Assembly: GCA_016284265.1 (NCBI GenBank)
Contig: JAEEOM010000076.1
Span: forward strand, 4,522 to 68,521
Source of the DNA: Bacteroidales bacterium
Lineage (GTDB): Bacteria; Bacteroidota; Bacteroidia; Bacteroidales; UBA932
DNA length: 64,000 bases
Direction of reading: 5' to 3'
Shown: positions 36,260 through 45,212 of the stretch, piece by piece
Layout of the letters: every line of letters starts with the position of its first letter
How positions within the stretch are numbered: the first letter of the stretch is position 1
The notes under the pieces: generated by a model
The model's input: only the letters and a program-made list of their open reading frames with translations
The model's database searches: none
What the model was told of the DNA's origin: nothing
Translations under genes and position numbers: made by a program

Positions 36260-36466
36260 CCTTGCAAAGATAGTTGATCGTTTTGATTTCTTTGCGGATA
36301 AAGTTACCAACGGCCAGGGTAGCGCACAGTCTCATTCGATGTAATTCGCTGTGTCAAAAAGTATCTTTTTTTGACACTGTAATAAAAACTCCCGAAATAT
36401 TCGTTTTCTTGCAAAAGAATTTGCAAATTTGTGGATTAAATCGGAATTCATTAACAAATCCATACC

Positions 36467-37693
36467 ATGACCATTACCCCCAACGCTCAGAAGTACATCG
36501 ATCTGGAAGATCGGTACGGTGCTCATAACTATCATCCGCTGCCCGTCGTCCTCGCCAAGGGACAGGGCGCCTTCGTCTGGGATGTCGACGGCAAACGCTA
36601 TTTCGACTTCCTTTCGGCTTATTCCGCTGTCAACCAGGGACATTGCCACCCGAAGATTGTCAAGGCCCTCTGCGACCAGGCCCAGAATCTCTGCCTTACC
36701 TCGCGTGCCTTCTACAACGACTGCCTCGGCCCCTATGAGAAGTTCGCCACGGAATTTTTCGGTTATGACAAGCTTCTCCCGATGAACTCTGGCGCCGAAG
36801 CCGTTGAAACCGCCCTGAAGCTGGCCCGCCGCTGGGGTTATGTGGTCAAGGGCATTCCCGAGAACGAGGCCCTGATCATCGTGTGCGAAGGCAACTTCCA
36901 CGGACGCACGATTACCATCGTCACCATGTCGAACGATCCGGACAGCTACTACAACTACGGACCGTTCACCCCGGGCTTCATCAAGATCCCGTACGACGAT
37001 ACCGAGGCCCTGGCCCGCGTCCTCGACGAGAAGGGCGACAAGGTGTGCGCCATGGTTGTCGAGCCCATTCAGGGCGAAGCCGGCGTCTATGTGCCGCACG
37101 ATGGTTACATCAAGAAATGCTACGACCTCTGCCACGCCCACAACGTGCTCTTCGTCGCCGACGAAGTCCAGACGGGTATCGCCCGTACGGGCAAGATGTT
37201 CGCCTGCGACCACGAAGGTGTCCGTCCCGACATGATCACCATCGGCAAAGCCCTTTCCGGCGGCGTGCTTCCCATCTCCGCCGTACTGGCCGACGATGAG
37301 ATCATGCTCACCATCAAACCGGGCGAACATGGTTCCACCTTCGGCGGCTTCCCGCTCGCAGCCAAAGTGGCCGTCGCCGCCCTCGAAGTCATCCGCGACG
37401 AACACCTCACCGAAAAGGCCGCCTATCTGGGCAACATCTTCCGCGAGGAAATCGCCAAGATCAAGTCGCCGTACTTCAAGTCAGTCCGCGGCAAGGGCCT
37501 GCTTAATGCCGTCATCACCGAGCCACAGAATGGCATCGAGGCATGGGACATCTGCCTGAAGATGGCAGAAAAAGGCCTGCTCGCCAAACCGACCCACCGC
37601 CACATCATCCGCTTCGCCCCGCCGTTGGTCATCACCGAGGAACAACTCCGCGAAGCCGTCGCCATCATCCGCGACGTTTTCGAAAATATGTAA
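36467..37693 (+). CDS. rocD: ornithine aminotransferase (ornithine--oxo-acid transaminase)
   Basis: 408 aa: YGAHNYHPLPVVLAKGQGAFVWDVDGKRYFDFLSAYSAVNQGHCHP. PLP lysine context TIGKALSGG. Confidence 0.9.
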   Translation: MTITPNAQKYIDLEDRYGAHNYHPLPVVLAKGQGAFVWDVDGKRYFDFLSAYSAVNQGHCHPKIVKALCDQAQNLCLTSRAFYNDCLGPYEKFATEFFGYDKLLPMNSGAEAVETALKLARRWGYVVKGIPENEALIIVCEGNFHGRTITIVTMSNDPDSYYNYGPFTPGFIKIPYDDTEALARVLDEKGDKVCAMVVEPIQGEAGVYVPHDGYIKKCYDLCHAHNVLFVADEVQTGIARTGKMFACDHEGVRPDMITIGKALSGGVLPISAVLADDEIMLTIKPGEHGSTFGGFPLAAKVAVAALEVIRDEHLTEKAAYLGNIFREEIAKIKSPYFKSVRGKGLLNAVITEPQNGIEAWDICLKMAEKGLLAKPTHRHIIRFAPPLVITEEQLREAVAIIRDVFENM

Positions 37694-37727
37694 AACCAAG
37701 AACTATGACAAGCTGTGCGGAAGTGGA

Positions 37728-37841
37728 GAAGGAATATGCTTTGAAAACCTTAGCCACCCTCGGCTATTAGAGGGAGGGGCCCGCCGCTTTGCGGTGGGAG
37801 GGGTCGCGCTAGCGCGACGGTTTGAAAAGCATATTGCCTTC
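37728..37841 (+). other. multi-hairpin intergenic element (possible structured RNA or DNA cruciform)
   Basis: A closing helix (37728-37749 with 37819-37841; 5+10+5 bp) encloses three hairpins. These are CCACCCTC/GAGGGAGG (37754-37777), CCCGCCGC/GCGGTGGG (37780-37798) and GTCGCG-ctag-CGCGAC (37803-37818). The strand is not established. Confidence 0.35.
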
Positions 37842-37870
37842 GGAACTGGAGCACAGCCTGTCTATGACAA

Positions 37871-37900
37871 AAGAAGGCTGTCCGATCGGGCAGCCTTCTT
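37871..37900. terminator. bidirectional intrinsic terminator between rocD and the coiled-coil gene
   Basis: AAGAAGGCTG...CAGCCTTCTT: a 10-bp perfect stem, extendable to ~13 bp. It is followed by gcttttat on the plus strand and tttgtcat on the minus strand. Confidence 0.7.
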
Positions 37901-37917
37901 GCTTTTATAGGAGTCGT

Positions 37918-38505
37918 TTACTTGCTCAGTTCCTTCATCACTTTCTTGCTCTGCTTGAGATCGTCCTTGGCAGCTTTGACCTGAAGCTTGGCCGCCTTCA
38001 TCTCTTCCTTGTTGCGCGTGATCTCACCCTTGTCGTGCTTGATCTGCTCCTTGATGGCAGCGATTTCCTTGTCGAAACTCTTGATGCGGGCCTCTTCACT
38101 CTTGATCTCTTTCTCCATCTCCTTGAGCCGGTCCTTACGCTCTTTGAGCTGCTCCTTTTCATTGCGGTCGAGACCGTCGTTCTTCAACTGTTTCTCGAGC
38201 TCCTTGTAAGCGGCTTTGGTGGTCTTGAGCTCGGCTTTGCGCAGCTTGACCGTTTCGGACGTCGATTTCTTGGCGGCCTTGGCCTCTTCGATCTGGGCTT
38301 CCGCCCGGCTGATGGAACTCTTGAGACGGTCGATCTCGCGCTCGCAGCGCTTCTCGATGGCCTTTCTGCTGGCTTCGGCATCCTTGACAGCATCTTTCTG
38401 CTTGTCAATGGTCTGCTCGATCTGTTCGGAATAAGACTGAGCGCAGAGCGGCGCTGCGATCAGCAGGGCGGCCGCGAGGGCGGCCCAGGCAATGAGGTGT
38501 TTCAT
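37918..38505 (-). CDS. secreted K/E-rich coiled-coil protein (hypothetical)
   Basis: 195 aa. Signal peptide MKHLIAWAALAAALLIAAPLCAQ, then continuous heptad-like charged sequence. Its start lies 4 nt after the OTC stop. Confidence 0.65.
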   Translation of the reverse strand: MKHLIAWAALAAALLIAAPLCAQSYSEQIEQTIDKQKDAVKDAEASRKAIEKRCEREIDRLKSSISRAEAQIEEAKAAKKSTSETVKLRKAELKTTKAAYKELEKQLKNDGLDRNEKEQLKERKDRLKEMEKEIKSEEARIKSFDKEIAAIKEQIKHDKGEITRNKEEMKAAKLQVKAAKDDLKQSKKVMKELSK

Positions 38506-38509
38506 GGGT

Positions 38510-39511
38510 TTAATCTCCTAAAGTTGCGACCATGACGGCCTTGATGGTGTGCATGCGGTTTTCAGCTTCGTCGAAAACGATGCTGTTTTCACTCTCGAAT
38601 ACCTCTTCGGTCACTTCAATGCCGTCGAGGCCGAATTTCTTGTACACGTCGCGACCCGCCTGGGTCTCGAGGTTGTGGTAAGAGGGCAGGCAGTGCATGA
38701 ACTTGCACTTGGGATTGCCGGTCCGCTCCATCATCTTGGCGTTGACCTGGTAAGGCATCAGCAGATTGATGCGCTCTTTCCAGACTTCGTCGGGCTCGCC
38801 CATCGACACCCAGATGTCGGTGTAGAGGAAGTCGCAGCCCTTCACGCCCGCATCTACGTCGTCGGTCAGCGTAAGGGTGGCGCCGGTTTCCGCGGCAATC
38901 TTGCGGCAGGTTTCCACCAGTTCCGGAGCCGGCCAAAGCGACTTCGGGGCGACGATGCGCACGTCCATGCCCATCTTGCAGCCGCCCACCATCAGGGAGT
39001 TGCCCATGTTGAAGCGGGCATCGCCCAGATAGGCGTAGGAAACCTGGTTCAGGGGCTTGTCCACATGTTCGCGCATGGTCATGAAGTCGGCCAGGATCTG
39101 GGTGGGATGGAATTCATTGGTCAGGCCGTTCCACACCGGGACGCCCGAATACTCAGCGAGTTGTTCGACCGTGGTCTGGGCGAAGCCGCGATACTCGATG
39201 CCGTCGAACATGCGGCCCAGTACGCGGGCCGTGTCTTTCATCGACTCCTTGATGCCGATCTGCGAGCCGGAAGGGCCGAGATAGGTCACATGGGCACCCT
39301 GATCGTAGGCGGCCACCTCAAAAGAGCAGCGGGTGCGGGTGGAGGTCTTTTCGAAAATCAGGGCGATGTTCTTGCCCTTGAGGCGCGGCTGTTCGGTGCC
39401 GGCATATTTGGCACGCTTCAGGTCGCGGGCCAGGTCGAGCAGATACTGGATTTCCTTGGGAGTGAAGTCGAGGAGCTTGAGGAAGCTCCGGTTGCGGAGG
39501 TTGTAAGCCAT
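38510..39511 (-). CDS. argF: ornithine carbamoyltransferase
   Basis: The ORF was trimmed to [21 protein letters not shown] (ATG 39511), 333 aa. Motifs STRTR, HPTQ, DIWVSMG, HCLP. Adjacency to carbamate kinase suggests a catabolic (arcB-like) role. Confidence 0.9.
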   Translation of the reverse strand: MAYNLRNRSFLKLLDFTPKEIQYLLDLARDLKRAKYAGTEQPRLKGKNIALIFEKTSTRTRCSFEVAAYDQGAHVTYLGPSGSQIGIKESMKDTARVLGRMFDGIEYRGFAQTTVEQLAEYSGVPVWNGLTNEFHPTQILADFMTMREHVDKPLNQVSYAYLGDARFNMGNSLMVGGCKMGMDVRIVAPKSLWPAPELVETCRKIAAETGATLTLTDDVDAGVKGCDFLYTDIWVSMGEPDEVWKERINLLMPYQVNAKMMERTGNPKCKFMHCLPSYHNLETQAGRDVYKKFGLDGIEVTEEVFESENSIVFDEAENRMHTIKAVMVATLGD

Positions 39512-39539
39512 AGCGTTAAATATAAGATGAGTTTTTGTA

Positions 39540-40478
39540 TTATCGTACGATGCGGGTGCCGCAGGCGGGGTTTTCCAGCTGACTGGCTTCGGTGATGACA
39601 CATTCCGTGCCCCCGTTTTCTACAAAATAGATGCCGGCACGCACTTTCGGCGCCATCGACCCTTCGGTGAAATGGCCTTCGGCCAGGTAGCGTTTCGCTT
39701 CCTCGACGGTGATCACGTCGAGGGCCTGTTCGCCCGGTTTGCGGAAATTGATATAGACCTTCGGCACGTCCGTGAGGATGTAAAGGGCTTCGGCCCGGAT
39801 CTGCGAGGCACAGAGGGCGGAAGCGAGATCCTTGTCGATAACCGCCTCCACGCCGGAGAGTACCCCGTCTTCATCGATGACGGGGATGCCGCCGCCGCCC
39901 ACAGTGATGACAATGTTACCCACTTCCACGAGCTGGCGGATGATCTCAATGTTGTTGATCCGAACCGGTTTGGGGGAGGCTACGACCTTGCGCCATCCGT
40001 TTCCTTTCGGGTCTTCCCGGTAGATGGCGCCGGTCTCCTGATGAAACTTCTCCGCTTCTTCGCGGGTATAGTAGGGCCCGACCGGTTTCGTCGGATTCTG
40101 GAACATCGGGTCATCCTTGCTTACGACCACCTGGGTGATCAGCGAGACGACGCGCCGACGGAGGCCATGCCGCACCAGCACCCGGTTCATGCCCTGCTCG
40201 ATGAGGTAGGCGATGGAGCCTTGGGTCTGCGCGCCGCAGTAGTCCATCGGCATGGCAGCCAGGTTGAAGAGTTGCCGGCCGGCTTCATGTTGCAGCATCA
40301 CTGTCCCGACCTGGGGCCCGTTGCCGTGTCCGATAGCCAGGAAATAGCCGCGTTTGACCAAATTATAAAGCTGTTCGCACGTCTGCTCGACATTGGCCAT
40401 CTGTTCTTGATAAGTGCCTTTCTGTCCGCTGCGAAGCAGGGCGTTCCCGCCAAAGGCGACCATTGCGATTTTTTTCAT
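39540..40478 (-). CDS. arcC: carbamate kinase
   Basis: The ORF was trimmed to [15 protein letters not shown] (ATG 40478), 312 aa. Motifs GHGNGPQVG and [11 protein letters not shown]. Confidence 0.9.
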   Translation of the reverse strand: MKKIAMVAFGGNALLRSGQKGTYQEQMANVEQTCEQLYNLVKRGYFLAIGHGNGPQVGTVMLQHEAGRQLFNLAAMPMDYCGAQTQGSIAYLIEQGMNRVLVRHGLRRRVVSLITQVVVSKDDPMFQNPTKPVGPYYTREEAEKFHQETGAIYREDPKGNGWRKVVASPKPVRINNIEIIRQLVEVGNIVITVGGGGIPVIDEDGVLSGVEAVIDKDLASALCASQIRAEALYILTDVPKVYINFRKPGEQALDVITVEEAKRYLAEGHFTEGSMAPKVRAGIYFVENGGTECVITEASQLENPACGTRIVR

Positions 40479-40608
40479 TTTCAGACAGTTTTTCTTACTA
40501 TTTCTTCCTAATTGGGCAGAAACCACGCAAAGTTAGAATATTTTATTATTTTTACGCCACCTTACGCAACAATTTCGCTCGAAAGGCATCTGATAAAGGA
40601 TGGTGTTT

Positions 40609-41340
40609 ATGAAAAAAGGAAAGATGCTTCTTCTGGCCGGATGGCTGGTTTTGTCCTGCTGGCAGCCGGCCAAGGCGCAAGACGATTATGCCCTCTTCCG
40701 GGCTGAAGCCGGCAGTGCCTCCCTGCTCTACAGGGGGCAGCGGGCGTTTGTCCACAATCTGCTTTTCAACGGAACGTATTACTGGTCCGATCCGGGATTC
40801 CGCCCGGGATCGGTCGTGTACAACGGGAAACGCTACGACGACGTATCGCTCAACATCGATGCCGCCCGGCAGGACCTGCTGATCCGCATTCCCGGCAGCA
40901 TCATCGAAAAGGTGGTGGGAGAAAGCTATACCGAAGAATTCATGATTGCTGGAAGCCGCTATCTCAATTTGCGGTTTTTGTTCGGCGAGGAGGCTCCGGC
41001 TGGCTATTGGCGGGTGCTCCATGACGGACCGATCCGTCTCCTGCAGCAGGTTTCCAAGCGCCTGGAACCGGATCTGGACGGGCGCAAGCGTAACGAAACC
41101 GGCTATGACGGAGTTTACCGTCCCAATGTGTATCAGGTCTTTATCCAGAAGATTGACTATTGTTGTCTCTGGGAAGACGGAACCATTGTGCCGGTCCGCC
41201 GTCGCCGGGATCTTCTGAAACAGTTCGACCCGACGCTGCGGCGGGATATTCGCCGGCACGTCAAGCGGCGGGAAGGGTCCGGACTGATGAGTTTGGAAAA
41301 TTACTGCACGGAAGTCCTTCGATACGTAGAAACGCGATGA
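40609..41340 (+). CDS. hypothetical secreted protein, first gene of TonB-receptor cluster
   Basis: MKKGKMLLLAGWLVLSCWQPAKAQ signal peptide, 243 aa from ATG 40609 (alternative 40600). Its stop overlaps the receptor start (ATGA at 41337-41340). No recognised family. Confidence 0.6.
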   Translation: MKKGKMLLLAGWLVLSCWQPAKAQDDYALFRAEAGSASLLYRGQRAFVHNLLFNGTYYWSDPGFRPGSVVYNGKRYDDVSLNIDAARQDLLIRIPGSIIEKVVGESYTEEFMIAGSRYLNLRFLFGEEAPAGYWRVLHDGPIRLLQQVSKRLEPDLDGRKRNETGYDGVYRPNVYQVFIQKIDYCCLWEDGTIVPVRRRRDLLKQFDPTLRRDIRRHVKRREGSGLMSLENYCTEVLRYVETR

Positions 41341-44006
41341 AAAGACGAGTCTTGCTGTTGTTGGGAATCTTGTTCCTGGGTTATCTTCTTCCGTGCGGCG
41401 CCCAGACGCCCGGAGAACCGTTCGGCGTGTACAAGGCCGATATCGACCAGCTCATCCGGTTCATCCGCACGGAAGTTTCCCCCGACGTCTATTTCGTGCG
41501 GGATACTTCCGACCACAAGAACTACACGATCCGCGTTCCGCGGGAATCCTTTCTGCAAAAGGCCTTTGAGGAGTTGCGGGCCAACGGATACACTGTGACC
41601 GAATATGACGGGAAGTTCTTCCTGATCCGGGGGACAGACCTGGCTACGACCCTGCCGTCCGGTTATTTCGAGGACAAGAAGGAAACACGGATCGATACGG
41701 CATTCCAAAAGTATTTGGCCAATCAGGCGGCCGTGATGACTTTTCAGAACAAGGTCTATGAGATCGGAGATCCCGAGCAGGCCCGCAAGAGCGGCAAGTC
41801 GACGGTCCGGGGCTATGTCCGGGACGTAGCGAACGGAGAGCCGCTGGCCGGCGTTTCGGTCTTTCTGGATGACGGACGGACTTACGTGCAGACGGACGCC
41901 TACGGCTTTTATAAGATTGCGATGCCGGTCGGTGCCGGCAAACTGAATTTCAGCGGCTACTCGCTGGAAGACCTGAAGCTCGACCTGATGGTCTATGGGG
42001 ATGGTTCGCTGGATGTGGTGATGAAGGAGAAGGTTTTCTCGCTCAAGGGTGCTGTCATCTCTGCAGAGAGCATGGTACAGCACCGGACGCCGCAGATGGG
42101 TATTGAGAAAGTCCGGATGAATGTCATCAAGAACGTGCCGGTGGTCTTCGGCGAGGCGGATGCCCTGAAGGTGGTCATGACGCTGCCAGGCGTCAAGTCG
42201 GTGGGGGAAGCCTCCAGCGGCTTCAATGTGCGCGGCGGCTCGACCGACCAGAACCTGGTCCTTTTCAATGGCGGCACGGTCTATAATCCGAATCACATGT
42301 TCGGCATCCTGTCGTCGTTCAATCCCGACGTGATCAACGATGTGGAGCTCTACAAAAGTTCGATCCCGGCCCAGTATGGCGGGCGCATTTCTTCTGTTCT
42401 GGAAGTGCGCAGCCGCGACGGCAACAACAAGAAAGTGCAGGGTTCTCTCGGCCTGGGCTTGCTCACCAGCCGGTTGCACCTCGAAGGTCCGCTGGTAAAG
42501 GACCGCACGACCTTCATTCTGGGTGGACGGACCACGTATTCCAACTGGATTTTCAACCTGCTGCCCGAAAACAGCAGCTACGCAGGCGGCAAGGCTTCGT
42601 TCCAGGATGTGAATCTGGGCCTGAGCCACAAGATCAACGAGCGCAACTCGATCCATGCATACGGTTACTTCTCGCGCGACAAGTTCAGTTTCAGCAACGA
42701 CACGACGTTCCGCTACCGCAATATCAACGGTTCGCTGAAGTGGCACAGCATCTTCAGCGACCGGCACACGATGACGGCTACCGTAGGATACGACAGCTAT
42801 CATTATGGCATTGAAGACCGCTTCAACGTCTATACGGCCTATGCGCTGAATACTGCGGTGGACCAGGCTTTTGCCAAAGTTCATTTCACCACGACTGTCG
42901 GCGAGGACCATACGCTGGGATACGGTATCGCTGCCGTCGGATACGATCTGAATCCAGGCTCCTATCATCCTGCCGGCGATTCGTCGCTGGTGCTGTCGCG
43001 CGACCTGGATCACGAAAAGGCCCTGGAAGCGGCCCTGTATGCGGGAGATACCTGGCGCATCAATGACAAATTGTCCCTGGAAGCAGGTTTGCGCTGGTCG
43101 CAGTTCTTCCGGCCGGGCAGCAGCCGGTTCCATGGCGGTCCCGAGTTCCGGCTTTCCGGCAAGTATTCCTTCAACGATGTCACGAGCGTCAAGGCCGGTT
43201 TCAATACGATGCGGCAGTATATCCACATGATCTCCAACAGCATCAATGTGTCGCCGACCGACAGCTGGCGGCTGACCAGCGACAAGATCCGTCCGCAGAC
43301 AGGCTGGCAGGCCGCTGCCGGGTTCTACCGGACCCTGATGGACAATACGCTCGACCTCTCGCTGGAAGCCTACTTCAAGCAGGTGAAGCACTACATCGAC
43401 TACAAGAGCGGCGCGGTGCTGGTGATGAATGAAAACCTGGCCGACGAACTGGTGGAAACGGAAAACCGGGCCTACGGCGTGGAGTTGATGGCCAAGAAAA
43501 CAATCGGCAAACTCAACGGCTGGGTCTCCTACACCTATTCCCGGTCCCGGCTGCGGGAGATGGAAGACCGCGGCGTCGAAACCATCAATGGCGGCCGCTG
43601 GTACAATGCTGCCTACGACAAGCCCCACGATGTGAAAGTGGTGGCCAACTACAAATTCACGCATCGCTACAGCATTTCTGCCAACCTCGACTACGCGACC
43701 GGCCGACCGGTAACAATCCCGGTGGGCCGCTATTCCTACGAAGGCGGCATCCGCCTGGTCTATTCTGAGCGCAACAGCTACCGGATCCCTGATTATTTCC
43801 GGCTCGACCTGGCCCTGATCATCGAACCGGGTCATTATCTGAAACAACTGACCCACTTCTCGATGACGTTCGGCTGCTACAACGTGACCGGCCGCAAGAA
43901 TCCTTATTCCGTCTATTACACCTCCGACGGATATAAGATTTCGGGGCACATGCTCAGTGTCTTTGCTACCCAGATCCCTTACGTCAACTTCAATCTGAAA
44001 TTCTGA
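41337..44006 (+). CDS. TonB-dependent receptor with STN-like N-domain and carboxypeptidase-regulatory-like domain
   Basis: The ORF was trimmed to MKRRVLLLLGILFLGYLLPCGAQ (ATG 41337), 889 aa. VRGYVRDVANGEPLAGVSVFLDDGRTYVQTDAYGFYKI (CarbopepD_reg). Plug (PVVFGEADALKVVMTLPGV). C-terminal aromatic ...NFNLKF. Confidence 0.85.
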   Translation: MKRRVLLLLGILFLGYLLPCGAQTPGEPFGVYKADIDQLIRFIRTEVSPDVYFVRDTSDHKNYTIRVPRESFLQKAFEELRANGYTVTEYDGKFFLIRGTDLATTLPSGYFEDKKETRIDTAFQKYLANQAAVMTFQNKVYEIGDPEQARKSGKSTVRGYVRDVANGEPLAGVSVFLDDGRTYVQTDAYGFYKIAMPVGAGKLNFSGYSLEDLKLDLMVYGDGSLDVVMKEKVFSLKGAVISAESMVQHRTPQMGIEKVRMNVIKNVPVVFGEADALKVVMTLPGVKSVGEASSGFNVRGGSTDQNLVLFNGGTVYNPNHMFGILSSFNPDVINDVELYKSSIPAQYGGRISSVLEVRSRDGNNKKVQGSLGLGLLTSRLHLEGPLVKDRTTFILGGRTTYSNWIFNLLPENSSYAGGKASFQDVNLGLSHKINERNSIHAYGYFSRDKFSFSNDTTFRYRNINGSLKWHSIFSDRHTMTATVGYDSYHYGIEDRFNVYTAYALNTAVDQAFAKVHFTTTVGEDHTLGYGIAAVGYDLNPGSYHPAGDSSLVLSRDLDHEKALEAALYAGDTWRINDKLSLEAGLRWSQFFRPGSSRFHGGPEFRLSGKYSFNDVTSVKAGFNTMRQYIHMISNSINVSPTDSWRLTSDKIRPQTGWQAAAGFYRTLMDNTLDLSLEAYFKQVKHYIDYKSGAVLVMNENLADELVETENRAYGVELMAKKTIGKLNGWVSYTYSRSRLREMEDRGVETINGGRWYNAAYDKPHDVKVVANYKFTHRYSISANLDYATGRPVTIPVGRYSYEGGIRLVYSERNSYRIPDYFRLDLALIIEPGHYLKQLTHFSMTFGCYNVTGRKNPYSVYYTSDGYKISGHMLSVFATQIPYVNFNLKF

Positions 44007-45208
44007 TGAGCACTTACCGGCATATTTGTTTCCTGCTTCTGCTGGCCGCCTTTGCCGCGACTTCCTGTGTCTATGATTTTCGTCCCCAGGTCGACGGAGA
44101 GGGTGGCTACCTGATTGTGGAAGGAGATATCGTGGTAGGGGACAGTTTTGATATTCTGACCAGCTGGTCCTCGTCACTGGTCGATACAACCCAGGGGGAT
44201 GAACGCTGGCAGATCCTGAATACCAACAAAATGCATATAGAAGCCAGCGATGGGACGCGTTATGAGAACCAGTTCTCTTCCGGCTTCTGGTCGCCGGGCG
44301 GCGGAAGTCCACGCGGCCATTTCGACCTGCGGGAGGCCGATCCTTCGCTCCAGTACCGGCTTGTCCTTGAGAACGTCCGGGGAACCTATGTCTCATCCTG
44401 GGCATCTCCCATGTCTCCCGGCCAGATCGACAGCTTGTCGTACCGGATCAGCGAGGACCGGACCACGATGAGTATCCTGGTGGCTGCTCATGCCGACGAT
44501 ACCTCCGAGAGCTATTACCGCTGGTCCGTTGAGGAAACCTGGGAATACCACGCCGATGTACATGCTTACTACAAGTATATAGAAGAGGGCGGAGTGGGTC
44601 AGATCCTGCCAATGCCGGAAAGTGAGAGTCTGTACTATTGCTGGACCGGATCGCGACGCCCCGAGATCATGACCGGCAGTACCCAGGGATTGGTGGAGAA
44701 CCGGTTGGCAGACCACTTGCTCTATACGATGACCAACCGCGACGTGCGGCTTTCCATCCTTTACCGGGCGGATGTCCGACAGATGCGGATTCCGGAAGAG
44801 GCTTATCGGTACTGGCAGGTCATGGAACGGAATTCCAGCGATATAGGCGGACTCTTTTCTCCCGAGCCTTCCGAACTGCGGGGCAATGTCGTCTGTGTCG
44901 AGCGGCCAGAAGAATTGGTATTGGGCTATGTCGGTGTGATGTCGGTGGCCACCCGGCGCCTGCACATCAAAAACTACGAGGCTCGTTTCTATCGGACACC
45001 CAGTCCGATTCTCCCGGCTCCGGATACCTTGGGAACGGATGTGGAATGGTATAAGGCCTTTCGGTCCGGTTATCTTCCGGGCGATGCTGTTTTTACCGAG
45101 AACGGAGACCTGATCGGGTACGAATGGTGGCCTCGTCGTTGTGTGGACTGCCTTTCCAAAGGAGGAACGAAAAACCGGCCGGCCGACTGGCCAAACAATG
45201 ACTATTAG
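44006..45208 (+). CDS. lipoprotein partner of the TonB receptor (DUF4249-like by context and recollection)
   Basis: 400 aa, lipobox AAFAATSC. Its start overlaps the receptor stop by 1 nt. The receptor-plus-small-lipoprotein pairing is common in Bacteroidota. Confidence 0.6.
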   Translation: MSTYRHICFLLLLAAFAATSCVYDFRPQVDGEGGYLIVEGDIVVGDSFDILTSWSSSLVDTTQGDERWQILNTNKMHIEASDGTRYENQFSSGFWSPGGGSPRGHFDLREADPSLQYRLVLENVRGTYVSSWASPMSPGQIDSLSYRISEDRTTMSILVAAHADDTSESYYRWSVEETWEYHADVHAYYKYIEEGGVGQILPMPESESLYYCWTGSRRPEIMTGSTQGLVENRLADHLLYTMTNRDVRLSILYRADVRQMRIPEEAYRYWQVMERNSSDIGGLFSPEPSELRGNVVCVERPEELVLGYVGVMSVATRRLHIKNYEARFYRTPSPILPAPDTLGTDVEWYKAFRSGYLPGDAVFTENGDLIGYEWWPRRCVDCLSKGGTKNRPADWPNNDY

Positions 45209-45212
45209 TACG

